In this document: positions 41,201 through 53,200 of the stretch, piece by piece
How the letters are laid out: each line of letters begins with the position of its first letter
Numbering within the stretch: position 1 is the stretch's first letter
NCBI GenBank assembly: GCA_977017645.1
Contig: OZ360242.1
Span: forward strand, 28,520,001-28,584,000
DNA length: 64,000 nt
Source: Torpedo marmorata
Lineage: Eukaryota
Direction of reading: 5' to 3'
Program-made: the position numbers and the translations under genes
The notes under the pieces: generated by a model
What the model was told of the DNA's origin: nothing
What the model saw: only the letters and a program-made list of their open reading frames with translations
Databases searched by the model: none

Positions 41201-44200
41201 CCCATAACCCTTAACTCCTCTGCCCACTAGAGTCTTATCTAACTCTCTTTTGAACATAATCAGCGAATCTGCCTCTACCACCCTCTGTGGCAGAGCATTC
41301 CACAGATTCACACTTCTCTGGGTAAAAAAATTTTTCCTCATCTCCGTCCTAAAGGGCCTTCCCTGTATTCTTAAACTATGCCCTCTAGTCCTCGTCTCTC
41401 CCATCATTGGGAACAAGTAATCTGACTTCACCCTGTCTATCCCCTTGATAATTTTGTATACCTCAATCATGTCCCCCCTCATCCTTCTAAACTCCATCGG
41501 ATATAAGTCCAGTTTTTCTAACCTTTCAGCATATGTCAACCCTGCCATCCCTGGAACTAACCTTGTAAATCTGCGCTGCACACCCTCTATAGCTAGTATG
41601 TCCTTCCTCAAATTTGGAGACCAGAACTGGACGCAATACTCCAGATGGGGTCTCACCAGGGCCCTGTACAACTGCAGAAGGGCGTCTCTGCTCCTATACT
41701 CCAATCCCCTCTTTATGAAAGCCAACATGCCATTTGCCTTCTTCACAGCTTTCTGAACCTGCATGTTAGCCTTCAGTGACCGGTGAACAAGTACACCCAG
41801 ATCCATTTGCACTTCCCCACTCCCTAGCTTGTCTCCATTTAAATAATACTCAGCTTTCCTATTTCTGCCCCCAAAATGGATAACCTCACATTTGCTCACA
41901 TTGAACTTCATCTTCCATTCTTCAGCCCACTCCCCCAACCTGTCCAAGTCCCTCTGCATTTTCCTGACATCCTCTTCACACTTTACACCGCCACCCAGTT
42001 TAGTGTCATCTGCAAATTTGCTCATGTTATTAATAATCCCATCATCCAAATCATTTACATAAATGACAAACAACTGAGGACCCAACACCGATCCCTGCGG
42101 CACTCCTGCCATCCTGAAAAAGACCCGCTTACCCCAACCCTTTGTTTCCTATTTCTTAACCAACTTCCTATCCATGTCAGCACCTTACCTTCAATACCAT
42201 GCTCCCTGATCTTGCCCACTAGTCTCCCATGCGGTACCTTATCAAAGGCCTTCTGGAAGTCCAAATACACCACATCCACTGGCTCTCCCAAGTCCACCCT
42301 TATTGTCACATCTTCGAAAAATTCCAGAAGGTTAGTCAAGCATGACTTACCCTTACCCTTAAGGAATCCATGCTGACTAGCCCTTATACTATTATTTCTG
42401 CCTAAGTGTTCTGCTATTACTCCTTTTATGATAGATTCCAATATCTTCCCCACCACTGACGTCAGGCTGACCGGTCTATAATTTCCCGTTTTCTCCCTCC
42501 CTCCCTTCTTAAAAAGCGGCACCACATCAGCCACTCTCCAATCCACAGGGACCTTCCCCGAATCTATGGAGCTTTGGAAAATGTCGACCAGTGCCTCCAC
42601 AATTTCCAGAGCAACCTCTTTAAGCACCCTGGGATGCAGCTCATCAGGCCCTGGGGATTTATCAGCCCTCAGTCCCAACAATTTACTCACAACCTCCTGC
42701 TTCTGGATCCGAATATCTATCAGATTCCCTACTTCCCCAGGAAAGTTCCCCAAGTCTCTTGATACTGCATGACCACTACCCCCTAACTGACCATAACCTA
42801 TATCCTCCTTGGTGAAGACAGATGCAAAGTACTTGTTAAATTCCTCAGCCATTTCCTTGTTTCCAGTAATAATTCCACCGTTTTCCATTCTTAATGGCCC
42901 AATTTTAGACCGAACCAATTTCTTCCTCTTCACATATTTAAAAAAGCTTTTGCTATCCTCTATTATATTACTTGCTAATTTCCTCTCGTACTTCATTTTC
43001 CCCTCTCGTATGACTTTCTTAGTTACCCTCTGATGTTCTTTGAAGGTTTCCCAATCCTCTAGCTTCCCACTCTGCTTCGCTATCTTATACTTACTCCCTT
43101 TGGACTTGATAATGCCCTTGATTTCATTAGTTAGCCACGGCTGCCATTTGCATCTCCTTGAGCCTTTCCTCCACTTTGGAATGAATTTGTCCTGAATCCT
43201 GTGAAAAATGTCCAAAAATACCTGCCATTTTTCCCCAGTTGTCCTCCCAGCTAGTGTATCTTTCCATTTTATTTTGGCTAGCTCCTCCCTCATAGCTGCA
43301 TAATCCCCTTTATTTAACTGCAGTATAGATGCTTCCGACTTCCTTTCTTTTTCCCTTTCCAATTGCAGATCAAAAGTAACCATACCATGGTCACTATTCC
43401 CTAATGGCACCCCAACTTCGAGGTCACTAATTAACTCTGCATCGCTGCACAGCACCAAGTCCAGAATCGACTTCCCCCTGGTAGGTTCCTCCACTAGCTG
43501 CTCCATGAATGTGTCTCGTAGACATTCTATAAACTCACTCTCTTGTTTTCCTGCCCCCGTCTGATTTTCCCAGTCCACCTTCATGTTGAAGTCCCCCATA
43601 ACTACCGTATTGCTACCACTTTGACATGCCACTCTTAATTCCTGATTTATACTACTTCCTATATCTGAGCTACTTTTCGGAGGCCTGTAAATGACCCCCA
43701 TTATGGTCTTCATGCCTTTGCAAATTTCTTAATTCTATCCAAACAGACTCTACCCCACCTGTTTCAATGTCTTTCCTTTCAAACGCCTGAACTTCATTAC
43801 TTACCAACAGAGCTACCCCACCACCTCTTCCTAACTTTCTGTCCTTTCTATAGGACGTGTACCCTGGAACATTTATTTCCCAATCCTGTCCCTCCTGCAG
43901 CCATGTCTCCGTAACTCCGATAATGTCATAACCTCCCATTGCCATTTGCGCCTCAAGCTCATCCATTTTATTCCTTACACTCCGTGCATTCATATACAAT
44001 ATCTTGATACCATATCTCCCTTCTTCCTCCACCTTTGTTCCTGATGCACTTGCCCCTACTCTCCTATCACTTTTAGTTCCCTTTTTCCTTATGGTTTCAC
44101 CGTCTATCGGAACCACCCCTATATTCACTCTCCTATCTGCTTCCCTTCCCCCAAGAGGTCTTTCTTGGCTACCAGTCCCTTTGCAATTACTGAGCTCACC

Positions 44201-47200
44201 AGTACACTCTTTCTTCTTAATGATATTCCAAACAGTTGATTTTGGTAATCCTAAGGGTTGGGCGATGTCTCTTACTGTTTTATTCTTGTTTTTCTTTTTT
44301 TTAAATATTTTTATTAATTTTAATACAGAACTTATACAGATAATATAATTCAATAAAATGATATGGAATTAATAAAATATTCAATGTAACAAAAACATAC
44401 ATAAGTTGTAAATCATATCCATAATTCATATTCCAAGTGCTCTATATATATATATACCGGTATATATATATATATAAAAAAGAACTAATAACAAAGAAAA
44501 AAGAAAAAAGAGAAGAAAATAATAAAAAGTAAAGGAGAAAAACTCAAACCCCTGCCTAACAGCATTGCCAGATGCTATATGTGATTAATATTAAAAGAAA
44601 AACAAAGGTAGAAAAAAAAGTTTAAAAAAAACATGGAAAAGACAATTTAATTACAATGAGATGAAATTATGGAGTAAGAAAGTGAGTCATGAATGACCCC
44701 CATAACGTCTCAAATCTTATATCTGAATTATTAATTGAATAACGAATCTTTTCCATATTCAAACAGGACATGATGTCACGCAACCACTGATCATGAGTAG
44801 GCGGGGCAGCATCCTTTCATATAAGCAAAATCACTCGCCTCGCCAAAAGAGAGGCAAAAGAGATAGCACAACTCTGAACCAAAGACAGAGAAGAATCATT
44901 CCCTCCCATTGTGCCGAAGAGGGCCACCAAAGGATTCGGTTATAAATCTATGTTAAAAATTTTGACAAAGTATGGAAACCTCTCTCCAGTATTTTTCTAG
45001 ACTTGGACAAGTCCAGAACATATGAATTAATGATGCTTCTCTGCTCTTATACCTGTCGCAGCAAGAACTCCGGTTAGAGTGTAATATGGAGTAGATGTCT
45101 CCTTCACAGCTCTATATCTTCAGCATACTTTTTTCCCGTTTACTTTTTTTAAAACTTTCGAAGTGGTGTCGAATTTCATGTTCCTTGTTTGAAATGGATA
45201 CAAGAAGTGGAAAGATTGGAAGAAATGGAAAAAATGGGAAGAAACAAGAAACTCCGGCTAATCCACAGCCAAATCTAATTACTGAGGGCTTCTCTGAAGC
45301 ACTTGAAGAAATCAAAACGTTTATTGCTGCAGAGTTTAAACGTTTAGGCACTGGAGAATTGACTTACACAGGTCTGTCGTTCTACTTATTCTTGTTTTTC
45401 AGCCTCATAATGGCTTCTTTGACTTTCATGGGCACAACTCTGGCCCTCAAGTTGAAAAATGGCAACAAAAGACTCCAAAGGTGATCAAAAGCTTAGAAGA
45501 AAGCCTAGCTCTCTTATACCTGCACCAATGAAGCAATTAAACATCCCGAGTACTCACAAACACCTGTGAAGCCAAATGTCCCAAACATTATGATGCCCTG
45601 AAATGGGGGAACTATGTATACAAATTCCTGTAATTTCTACATTGTCAAACCAAAATGTATACAAATAAGCTTGAATAAAACCTTGAAAGTGCACTTTACT
45701 CACATGAGAATTGTTTGATACAAATGTAAAACTTTATGGAGTGCACTGAATGCCACAATCAAACCTTAAAAAAATGATCTGCGAATTATCACGGTGCTTG
45801 TGAGAGTTTGTCTCGCACACCGTGTACTGCATTTCCCTGACCACAATAGTAACTGCACTTCAGGTGTATGTCATTGCTGTGAATGGAAATTGCTTGTGAA
45901 TTTTTGTCAGAGGAATTGTCTCTACATATCTACAAGGGTAATACAGCCCATGGCCATTACAAACAAACCATTTCTTTCATGTTCCTTCCAAGTAACAGCT
46001 TTGCAAGTGAAGTACACAATCACCCACCTGAGTTGGCACCCACTGTTTATCATTGACGTCTTCAAGATTTAGATCTGCAGTGAGAAGCGGAAGTGGGATC
46101 TCTTTAACTAAATTACTTGGAATCTTCTTCACAGCTTTTACGGGGTCAATTTCAGTCTCCAAAACCTGTGTTAGAAATGAAAAGTAGTTTAATTTAGGAA
46201 GACAATGTACTTTGTCAGCAACAGTTGGGACTGTATCAAACCATCCCAGGTGAAGCTAAATATCAGCAACAATAGTATGAATTTAACTTTTTTTGTCTGA
46301 AACCATTGAATTTAACTTTTTTTGTTTGAAACCATTTGCAAGTATCCCATGACCCTCACCTTCAGAATGATGGTCTGCTGAGCAGGTGGTGGTGCTTCTT
46401 GAATATTTCTGATGAATGTAACGTCGGAGGTCACGTTGGCAAGCACAGTGGAACTGATACTTTCAAAGACATTGGTTGATACACCAGGCACCAGGGTTCC
46501 CAGCCTGATGAGGTTGTTTTTGTTATTGAACTAACAAAAGGAAAAAAGAGAAAATAGATTCAAGGCAATAGACATGCCCCGGCACTAATTTTAACTCGAC
46601 CCTGAATGAGTTTCACTTTTAAAACAAATGAAAATGAACATAAAGTGGACCAGGAAGCTGTTGAATCTGTATTTATTTTAATTTTATTTTGTGGCACTTT
46701 GAAGGTGTAGATTTCCGCCTTCAAAACCCCAAATGTATCTCTAGACATTTCCTTCCTGAACTCTCCCCAATTCCTTGCCCAAGCGCTGAGATATTTGTGC
46801 TGGTAGCTTTCCAAAGATGTACAGGTCATGCATATTTTCATAATACATCCACTACTTTATGACTACCAAATATCATTTTTAATATACGACTTAAAATATG
46901 AATAACTGGATTATTAGTCACCAGTAAATTCATATCTAGCTTTGAGACAGCAATAGGCAATGTCAAATGATTAGGAGTTCCCCACTTCTAAGGGCTGCCT
47001 TATTTTCCAGAAGCTGATGCCAGCTTCAAGCTACTTCCCAAAAGGAAATGGACTGACGTCACAGTCACAGGGCCAATTGATAAAATCCGAATGGTCTCTT
47101 TCAATCAATGGATTTTTGACTTGAACTTTCTGAGCAGGTACAATCCCCATCCTGTTTGTCTTCACAGTTGTTAGTAAACTCTTTTCACAACAAAAACATA

Positions 47201-50200
47201 CAACAGACTGAGTCTGCCTCGATATTCATCGTTGCTTTTTGTCATAAAAAACACACTGTAACTGCTGAATGAATTCAGCCGGTCTCGCAGCGTCCATAGG
47301 AGGCAAAGGTATATTACCAATGTTTCGGGCCTGTGCCCTCCTTCAACGTATCAGCAAAGAACAGGAAGGCGTCAGATTAAAGACTGAAGATTGGCAGGGG
47401 GAGGAGTCCAAACCAACAAAAAGTGTTAATTGGATATGATAAAAGGAAAGGTGAGAATTGATATTGGCTCTGTGAAAGGAGGCAGAGGGAAAAGGGAAAA
47501 GAGAGAGAGAAGCCCCTTTTATAGTGCAAAAAAAGCAACTGTAAAGACAGAACATTTCTGTCTTTAAGTCGCCTCACTTACCTCCATAAAAAGTCCGATG
47601 GTGGATTGGCAAGGCGTACTCCGATCCGCCTAGGAGTACACACAGAGGTGGAGAGAATCTCTCCACCTCCTTCATAAAACAAATGCCGCTGAAAGCGGCT
47701 GCAAAGGGGAGGGCTGATGACATCGCGATGACGTCGTCAGCCTGTGACCCAGGAGCCACCACCAGGGCTCCCAAGGTGATTGGTTCTGGTGTTATGGACC
47801 ATGACTGACCATTTGGACTGCGGACGGTCAGCAGGAAGGAGGAAGTCTTTTGGAGTACACACTGGGACCTGGTACTGAAAGAGTTAACTTGCCCAGGACT
47901 TCTTGTACTTACCAGCGAGAGACACCAGGGGGAGACAGACTGTGAAAAGAGAGATACTTGGTTGGACTTTTGAAAAAGGCAGGTGAAAACCTCTGCAGGA
48001 AGGCCTAAAAGTTCAGTCGTGGAAAACTGAATCAGTGGCAGTTTTGGAGTTGCAAAGGCGGGAGAACTCAGCAGGATCCAGGCTTGTGCATCCCAGAGAA
48101 AAGGTTGGGAGAAGAACAATTTTGTTACAAATTCAAACCAGCAACGACAGAAGACGCAATGCAAAAGGGGTAAAATTGAAATTTATATTTATTAAACACA
48201 ATTAAACATATAATTTCACAACAATTAACCCCACTATAAACGTCTATAAACACTATTCTTATCTAAAAGGTGTGTGTGTGTGTAAAGCCCAGACCATTAC
48301 AGTCTGTGCCCAACCCTCATGTAAAAATGGAAAAAACTTCCCCAAAACCCCAGGTCAGTCATAAAAACAAGTCAGTCCCAAAAATACAGTCCACAAAAAT
48401 TCACTCTCTATGTTCAGGGTCCAAATTCAGCTCTGTGTGCTGGCAAGAAGGACTTCTTAATGAACGTTGGAGAGAGAGACAATGACTGTTTATGCTTACG
48501 AATACTTGGCTTGCTTTTCTTCTCTGATGACTTTCCCTTCTGGTATTTTCACAAGGATTGCGAATCCAAATCCGTTCTGGATTGAGGCGTGTACTTAGAT
48601 CTCACAGCCTGTCTCGCTGATCTCACGCCTGTTCTTCACAAAAGCTGCCCTCAACTCAGGATTTTGCTGAATCACCAAAGGCCTTGTTTTTGGTCCCAAC
48701 CTTTTCCCCTGGGATGCACAAGCCTAGAATTTTTTCTGATTCAAAAGGCTCTGTGTCCTTCTCCCAACCTTTTCTCTGGGATGCACAAGCCTGGATCCTG
48801 CTGAGTTCTCCCGCCTTTGCAACTCCAAAACTGCCACTGATTCATTTTTCCACGACTGAACTTTTAGGCCTTCCTGCAGAGGTCTTCACCTGCCTTTTTC
48901 AAAAGTCCAACCAAGTATCTCTCTTTTCACAGTCTGTCTCACCCTGGTGTCTCTCTCTGGTATGTACAAGAAGTCCTGGGCAAGTTAACTCTTTCAGTAC
49001 CAGGTCCCAGTGTGTACTCCAAAAGACTTCATCCTTCTGCTGACCGTCCACAGTCCAAATGGTCAGTCATGGTTCATAACACTGGGGATGGCTCAGGGTG
49101 CCGCAGCTCGGCATGCTGCTGATTATGGAGGGGCCGAGGGCCATCGCGTGTGTGTCCCACTGTGGAGCTCGGCCTTAGTTCCAGTGTTGATCACGTCTTA
49201 TTAAAGTAGCTAAGAGCACATTAAATACCACAAACAGCAGAAAATCAGATCGATTTACAAAAGTGAAATGAATACTAATTTCAAGTAAAATACTTAAAGA
49301 ACGTGCTAATTGTGATAAAAAAATGTTGTTATTCAAGAATAAAAAGCACACTGGAGAGTTGATCTATATGGCAATGGCCGTCTTCGTTACCCATAATCCC
49401 CCACGCTCTGCGTTTCCTTGGCGCTGGCACTGAGAGCGGTTCCAGCTGCGTGGGAGATTATGGGTAACGAAGACGGCCATTGCTCGGCGCATATGTTTGA
49501 CGTCACGGCGACGGGCGGCGCTACTGCACCACTCGCCCGCCTCCCTCAGCTCCGGAGGACGGATCCCAACGCTGCTCAGTATAAATGCAACGCTGGATCA
49601 GCCTTTTAGGCCTTCTCTATAAACGGTAAATTCTTTTTTTTTTCGTTGAGCAGGCTTTAATACGCGGTTGCTCTATAAAAAGGCCTAGAGAGAGAGAGAG
49701 AGAGATGGGGGAAAGGGGATATGGAGAAGAAGAGGGGAGGGGGGGTGGGGTTTAACAGAAACCAGAGAAGTCGATGTTAATGCCATTCGGTTGGAGGGTG
49801 CCCAGACAGAAGATGAGGTGTTGTTCCTCCAATTTGCGGGTGGTCTCAGTCTGGCAGTGCATGAGACCATTAGAGAACTTTTTGTCAGTTCAAAATAACT
49901 CAGAATAATTGCACTTTTATCTTCTGAGTAAATTTCATAGTGTTAAAAATAATTAGATTAATTCAGTTCTTTGTATATTCAGATCTTACCTGGAAACCAA
50001 TACTGGATAACTTGCCAACAATTTGTTTGAATTGGCCCATTTTCCAGCCCCTTACATTACTCAGACTTGGCAATGATTGCTCCACACTGACAGGATCAAT
50101 ATTTTCAATTTGTGTCACTGAGAGACCGACACTTGCTTGTTGCAAGTTTGTCAGAGTGGTGGCTGAAAAGTTGTTAACTTTATTCAATAATGATCTTGAC

Positions 50201-53200
50201 AGCTGCACAAATAGAAAGAAATAAAAGAAAAATGGTACATAAAACTAGATCGCTTGTTGCACAGAAATTTAGGATATATCCAAAATATTCAGTTGCACTA
50301 TTTGGTTCCACTCATTTTGGCATTGTTTAACAATGCCAAAATTAATCAATCTCACTCTCTCTCAATCTCTCTTTCACTCAATCTTTATTCCACCCTCCCT
50401 TCAGACAAGCCCTTCCTCAGACAGTCTCTTACCAATCGTGTGTGGTAATAACTCAAGACTGAAAAGTTCTAGGTGTTGCCTGACAGACAACAGATGGACT
50501 TGCACAGTGCAAGAAAAGTGCGTTCTTTCTTCTTCACTTTTGAAGATTTCCCCACAACTATGAACGGCAGCAGCCACGAGGGGTTGCAGACTCAGGGAAA
50601 GCAGAGGACTGGCGCAGGGCACCAGAAAATGGGGAGACCACCCCCGTTTGAGGAGAAATGGAGGAGATGACCCATGGAACAGTGACCACGGCAGCGGACC
50701 AGTGAGGTGCTCTGAGGCTGAAGAACACACAGGCGGCGGGCTGTTGGCGACTCGAGGCGAGGAACCCACGCAGGCTGTGGGCTGCTGGAGACTGCGGTCA
50801 AGGGACTCACACCAGGCAGTGACCTGCTGGAGACTGGCTCAAGACTGGCTAAAGGGGTATGAGGTAGCGGAACTGGGATGCAAGAGGGTGCTGAGATTGC
50901 TGAAGGTTCCTAATTGTGTCGGAGGTTCGGATCTGGAGCTTGGGTTGCGATGGTTTGGACTGGACTCTGTGTGCCTGCAGGGGCTGCGGGAGCGCTGGAG
51001 GCGAATCCACGGACTCTCAGTGACTATGGGGGGAAACTCTCTTTTGCTTCTCTTTCTCTGACCGTAAGAGGTGCTTCAGGCAATTTCTGCCGATGGCGAA
51101 TCTGTCTGCCTTACAGCAGACAAAAGGCAATTTTGTGTAATATGACACTGTTTTTATTACATGACAATAAATTGAATCTTGAACTTACCGAGATTTGTTC
51201 ATCTGTTGTTGCACTGCTATTCTCACAGATCTGGTTCACCTTCTCAATAATAGTTAAGGCTTGTTCTTGATTCACATCTTGAATTAAATTTGTATCACCA
51301 ATGAAGCAAATAAGAGAGTCTGGAATCCTAAAAGCAATTGTTAGATATTTATTGTCTGCTCTCTCAAAGCAGTCATATGGATTCAAACATACTCATAAGA
51401 ACTTGTGTAATAAAACAGAGCAATAACTTAAAATTATTTAAATCTTGTTCTTAAAAGCTTTCTTGGTGAACATAAACAGAAAAGATTCCTGGTAGAAGCG
51501 GTAGACTTAATATATTTTCTGTGCACATAGCCTTTTCTAATGCAGCCTTTACTTTAAAATGATGTTTAAAACACACATCAAGTGGATTATAAATTTCCAC
51601 CACCTGCATCACACAGGACAGTGAGTGTTGTTTTGTTCATAAATAACAAGGCTAAAGATCTTTTAGATTCATAGAACAATACAGCACAGGAACAGGCCCT
51701 TTGACCCATGTGTCTGTGCTGACTGCTGAACATAATTTTCAAATCAAACTAAAACTCTGCTACTTGCTCAAGATAGATATCCCTCCATTCCTTTCACATT
51801 CACATGTCTATCAGGGAGCTTCTTAAATTCTATTCACGTAACTGCTTCCACCACTACTCTTGGTAGCTCTCTCCAGGGACAACACTTTGTGTAAAACATT
51901 TGCCCCACACATCTCCCTGAAACTCCACCCTACCCTCCCCCACCTTAGTCACGTCCTCTGGGATGTGACACTTTTTCCCCTGGGAAAAAAATTCCGACTG
52001 TCTACCCTATATATGCTTCTCATGGTTTTATAAATATCTATCAGGTATAATCCGCAGACTTCTATGCTCCAGAACAAACAAACCAAGTTTGTCCAACCTC
52101 TCCCCATTCAGTTTTATAATTCTCCAACAACAGATGTTGAATTAATAACATTTTGAAAGAACATGCAGATTATGCACATTTTCAAATTATATTCATTTCT
52201 TTAACAGTGCAAAAATACAATTTGACCAATACATACCCTGAAACATTAATAGTTGGATTGTTATTCAGCAATAAACTAATATAGAGCTTTGAGACATCAA
52301 TGGGCAGTGTCAAATTATTTAGGAGGGCCTTATTTTCAGAGTCTGCTGCAAAGTCTTGAAGCTGCATAAAGTAGATTGAGAAATTAGAAATATTTACATT
52401 TAATTTCTAGTTGAATATATATCAACATTAAAATTAAATAATAACCTTTAGCTTGAATATGGATGATGAAAATGTTGCTTTTCTAAGTTAGCCACAATGG
52501 TTATAACAAAATCCCAATGTGTTCTGTGTTTCAACCTTCCAATGCTGACAATCCTAATCACACTTGCCTGGTTTTATCAATCATTCCTTCAATCATTTAT
52601 TTACTCTGTTTTTGCATGTTGACATTTTCTCTATTTCACTCCCTAAACTGTGAAAAATATTAATTCCCTTGCTCTTGCATTTATATCTTGCTTGTTCTGG
52701 ACCTATTAGCAACTACATAGTGTCTGCTTTCTGAACCAAACATGCTGCAACATTCAATGATGTGACAAAATAATTGACAAACATTTGAGAGGATTTTTTA
52801 TTTAAAATACCTCTATGGAATTATTTTATCCATTCTAACCAGAGAGCCATAGAGCCAATTCATTTGGAATTTCAATTCTCACCGTAAGTAGAATTCCTTT
52901 CTCTCATATTACATTTGAATGTTTTATTACTGTGTTTCCCAGTAGTATTCACATTGTTAAATCATTTAAATCTAAAACACAAATTAATATCCAGCTCTCC
53001 CTTTAATGATTATGAAACCAGGTTAAAACCCAATGTATTTACAGCATTGAGAGAAACTTCGCTGTGATTGTAGTTAAAAACACCAAAATGCTGGAGGAAC
53101 TCAGCTGGTTTATTCAGCATCCAGGATCTTTTTGACAAAAATATATTGCCGACATTTCGGGCCTGAGCCCTTCTTCAAGGAAAAATCAGAAAGGCAGAAG

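Larger units (their letters stand above)
40018..45748 (-). mobile_element. Tc1-like DNA transposon (long IR/DR TIRs) with a disrupted transposase, interrupted by CR1 and L1 insertions
   Basis: TA|CAGTGCCCTCCATAATG.. left TIR of ~220 bp mirrored at ~45577-45748 (partly deleted). Transposase pieces: [14 protein letters not shown] (~45390-45430), [22 protein letters not shown] (~44215-44290) and [13 protein letters not shown] (~40720-40760). Confidence 0.9.
47245..49870 (-). mobile_element. Penelope-like terminal fragment split by nested insertions
   Basis: 47245-47510 and 49687-49870 together match the uninterrupted copy at 53060-53490. Confidence 0.75.

Noticed and set aside
41445-43033. Several plus-strand ORFs of 60-166 aa
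   Set aside because: They are antisense shadows of the CR1 ORF2.
47574-49043. Two ORFs (47574-48164 minus and 48684-49043 plus) with near-identical peptides, resembling a duplicated gene
   Set aside because: They are translations of the two inverted arms of the LTR-derived unit; there are no splice signals or recognisable protein motifs.
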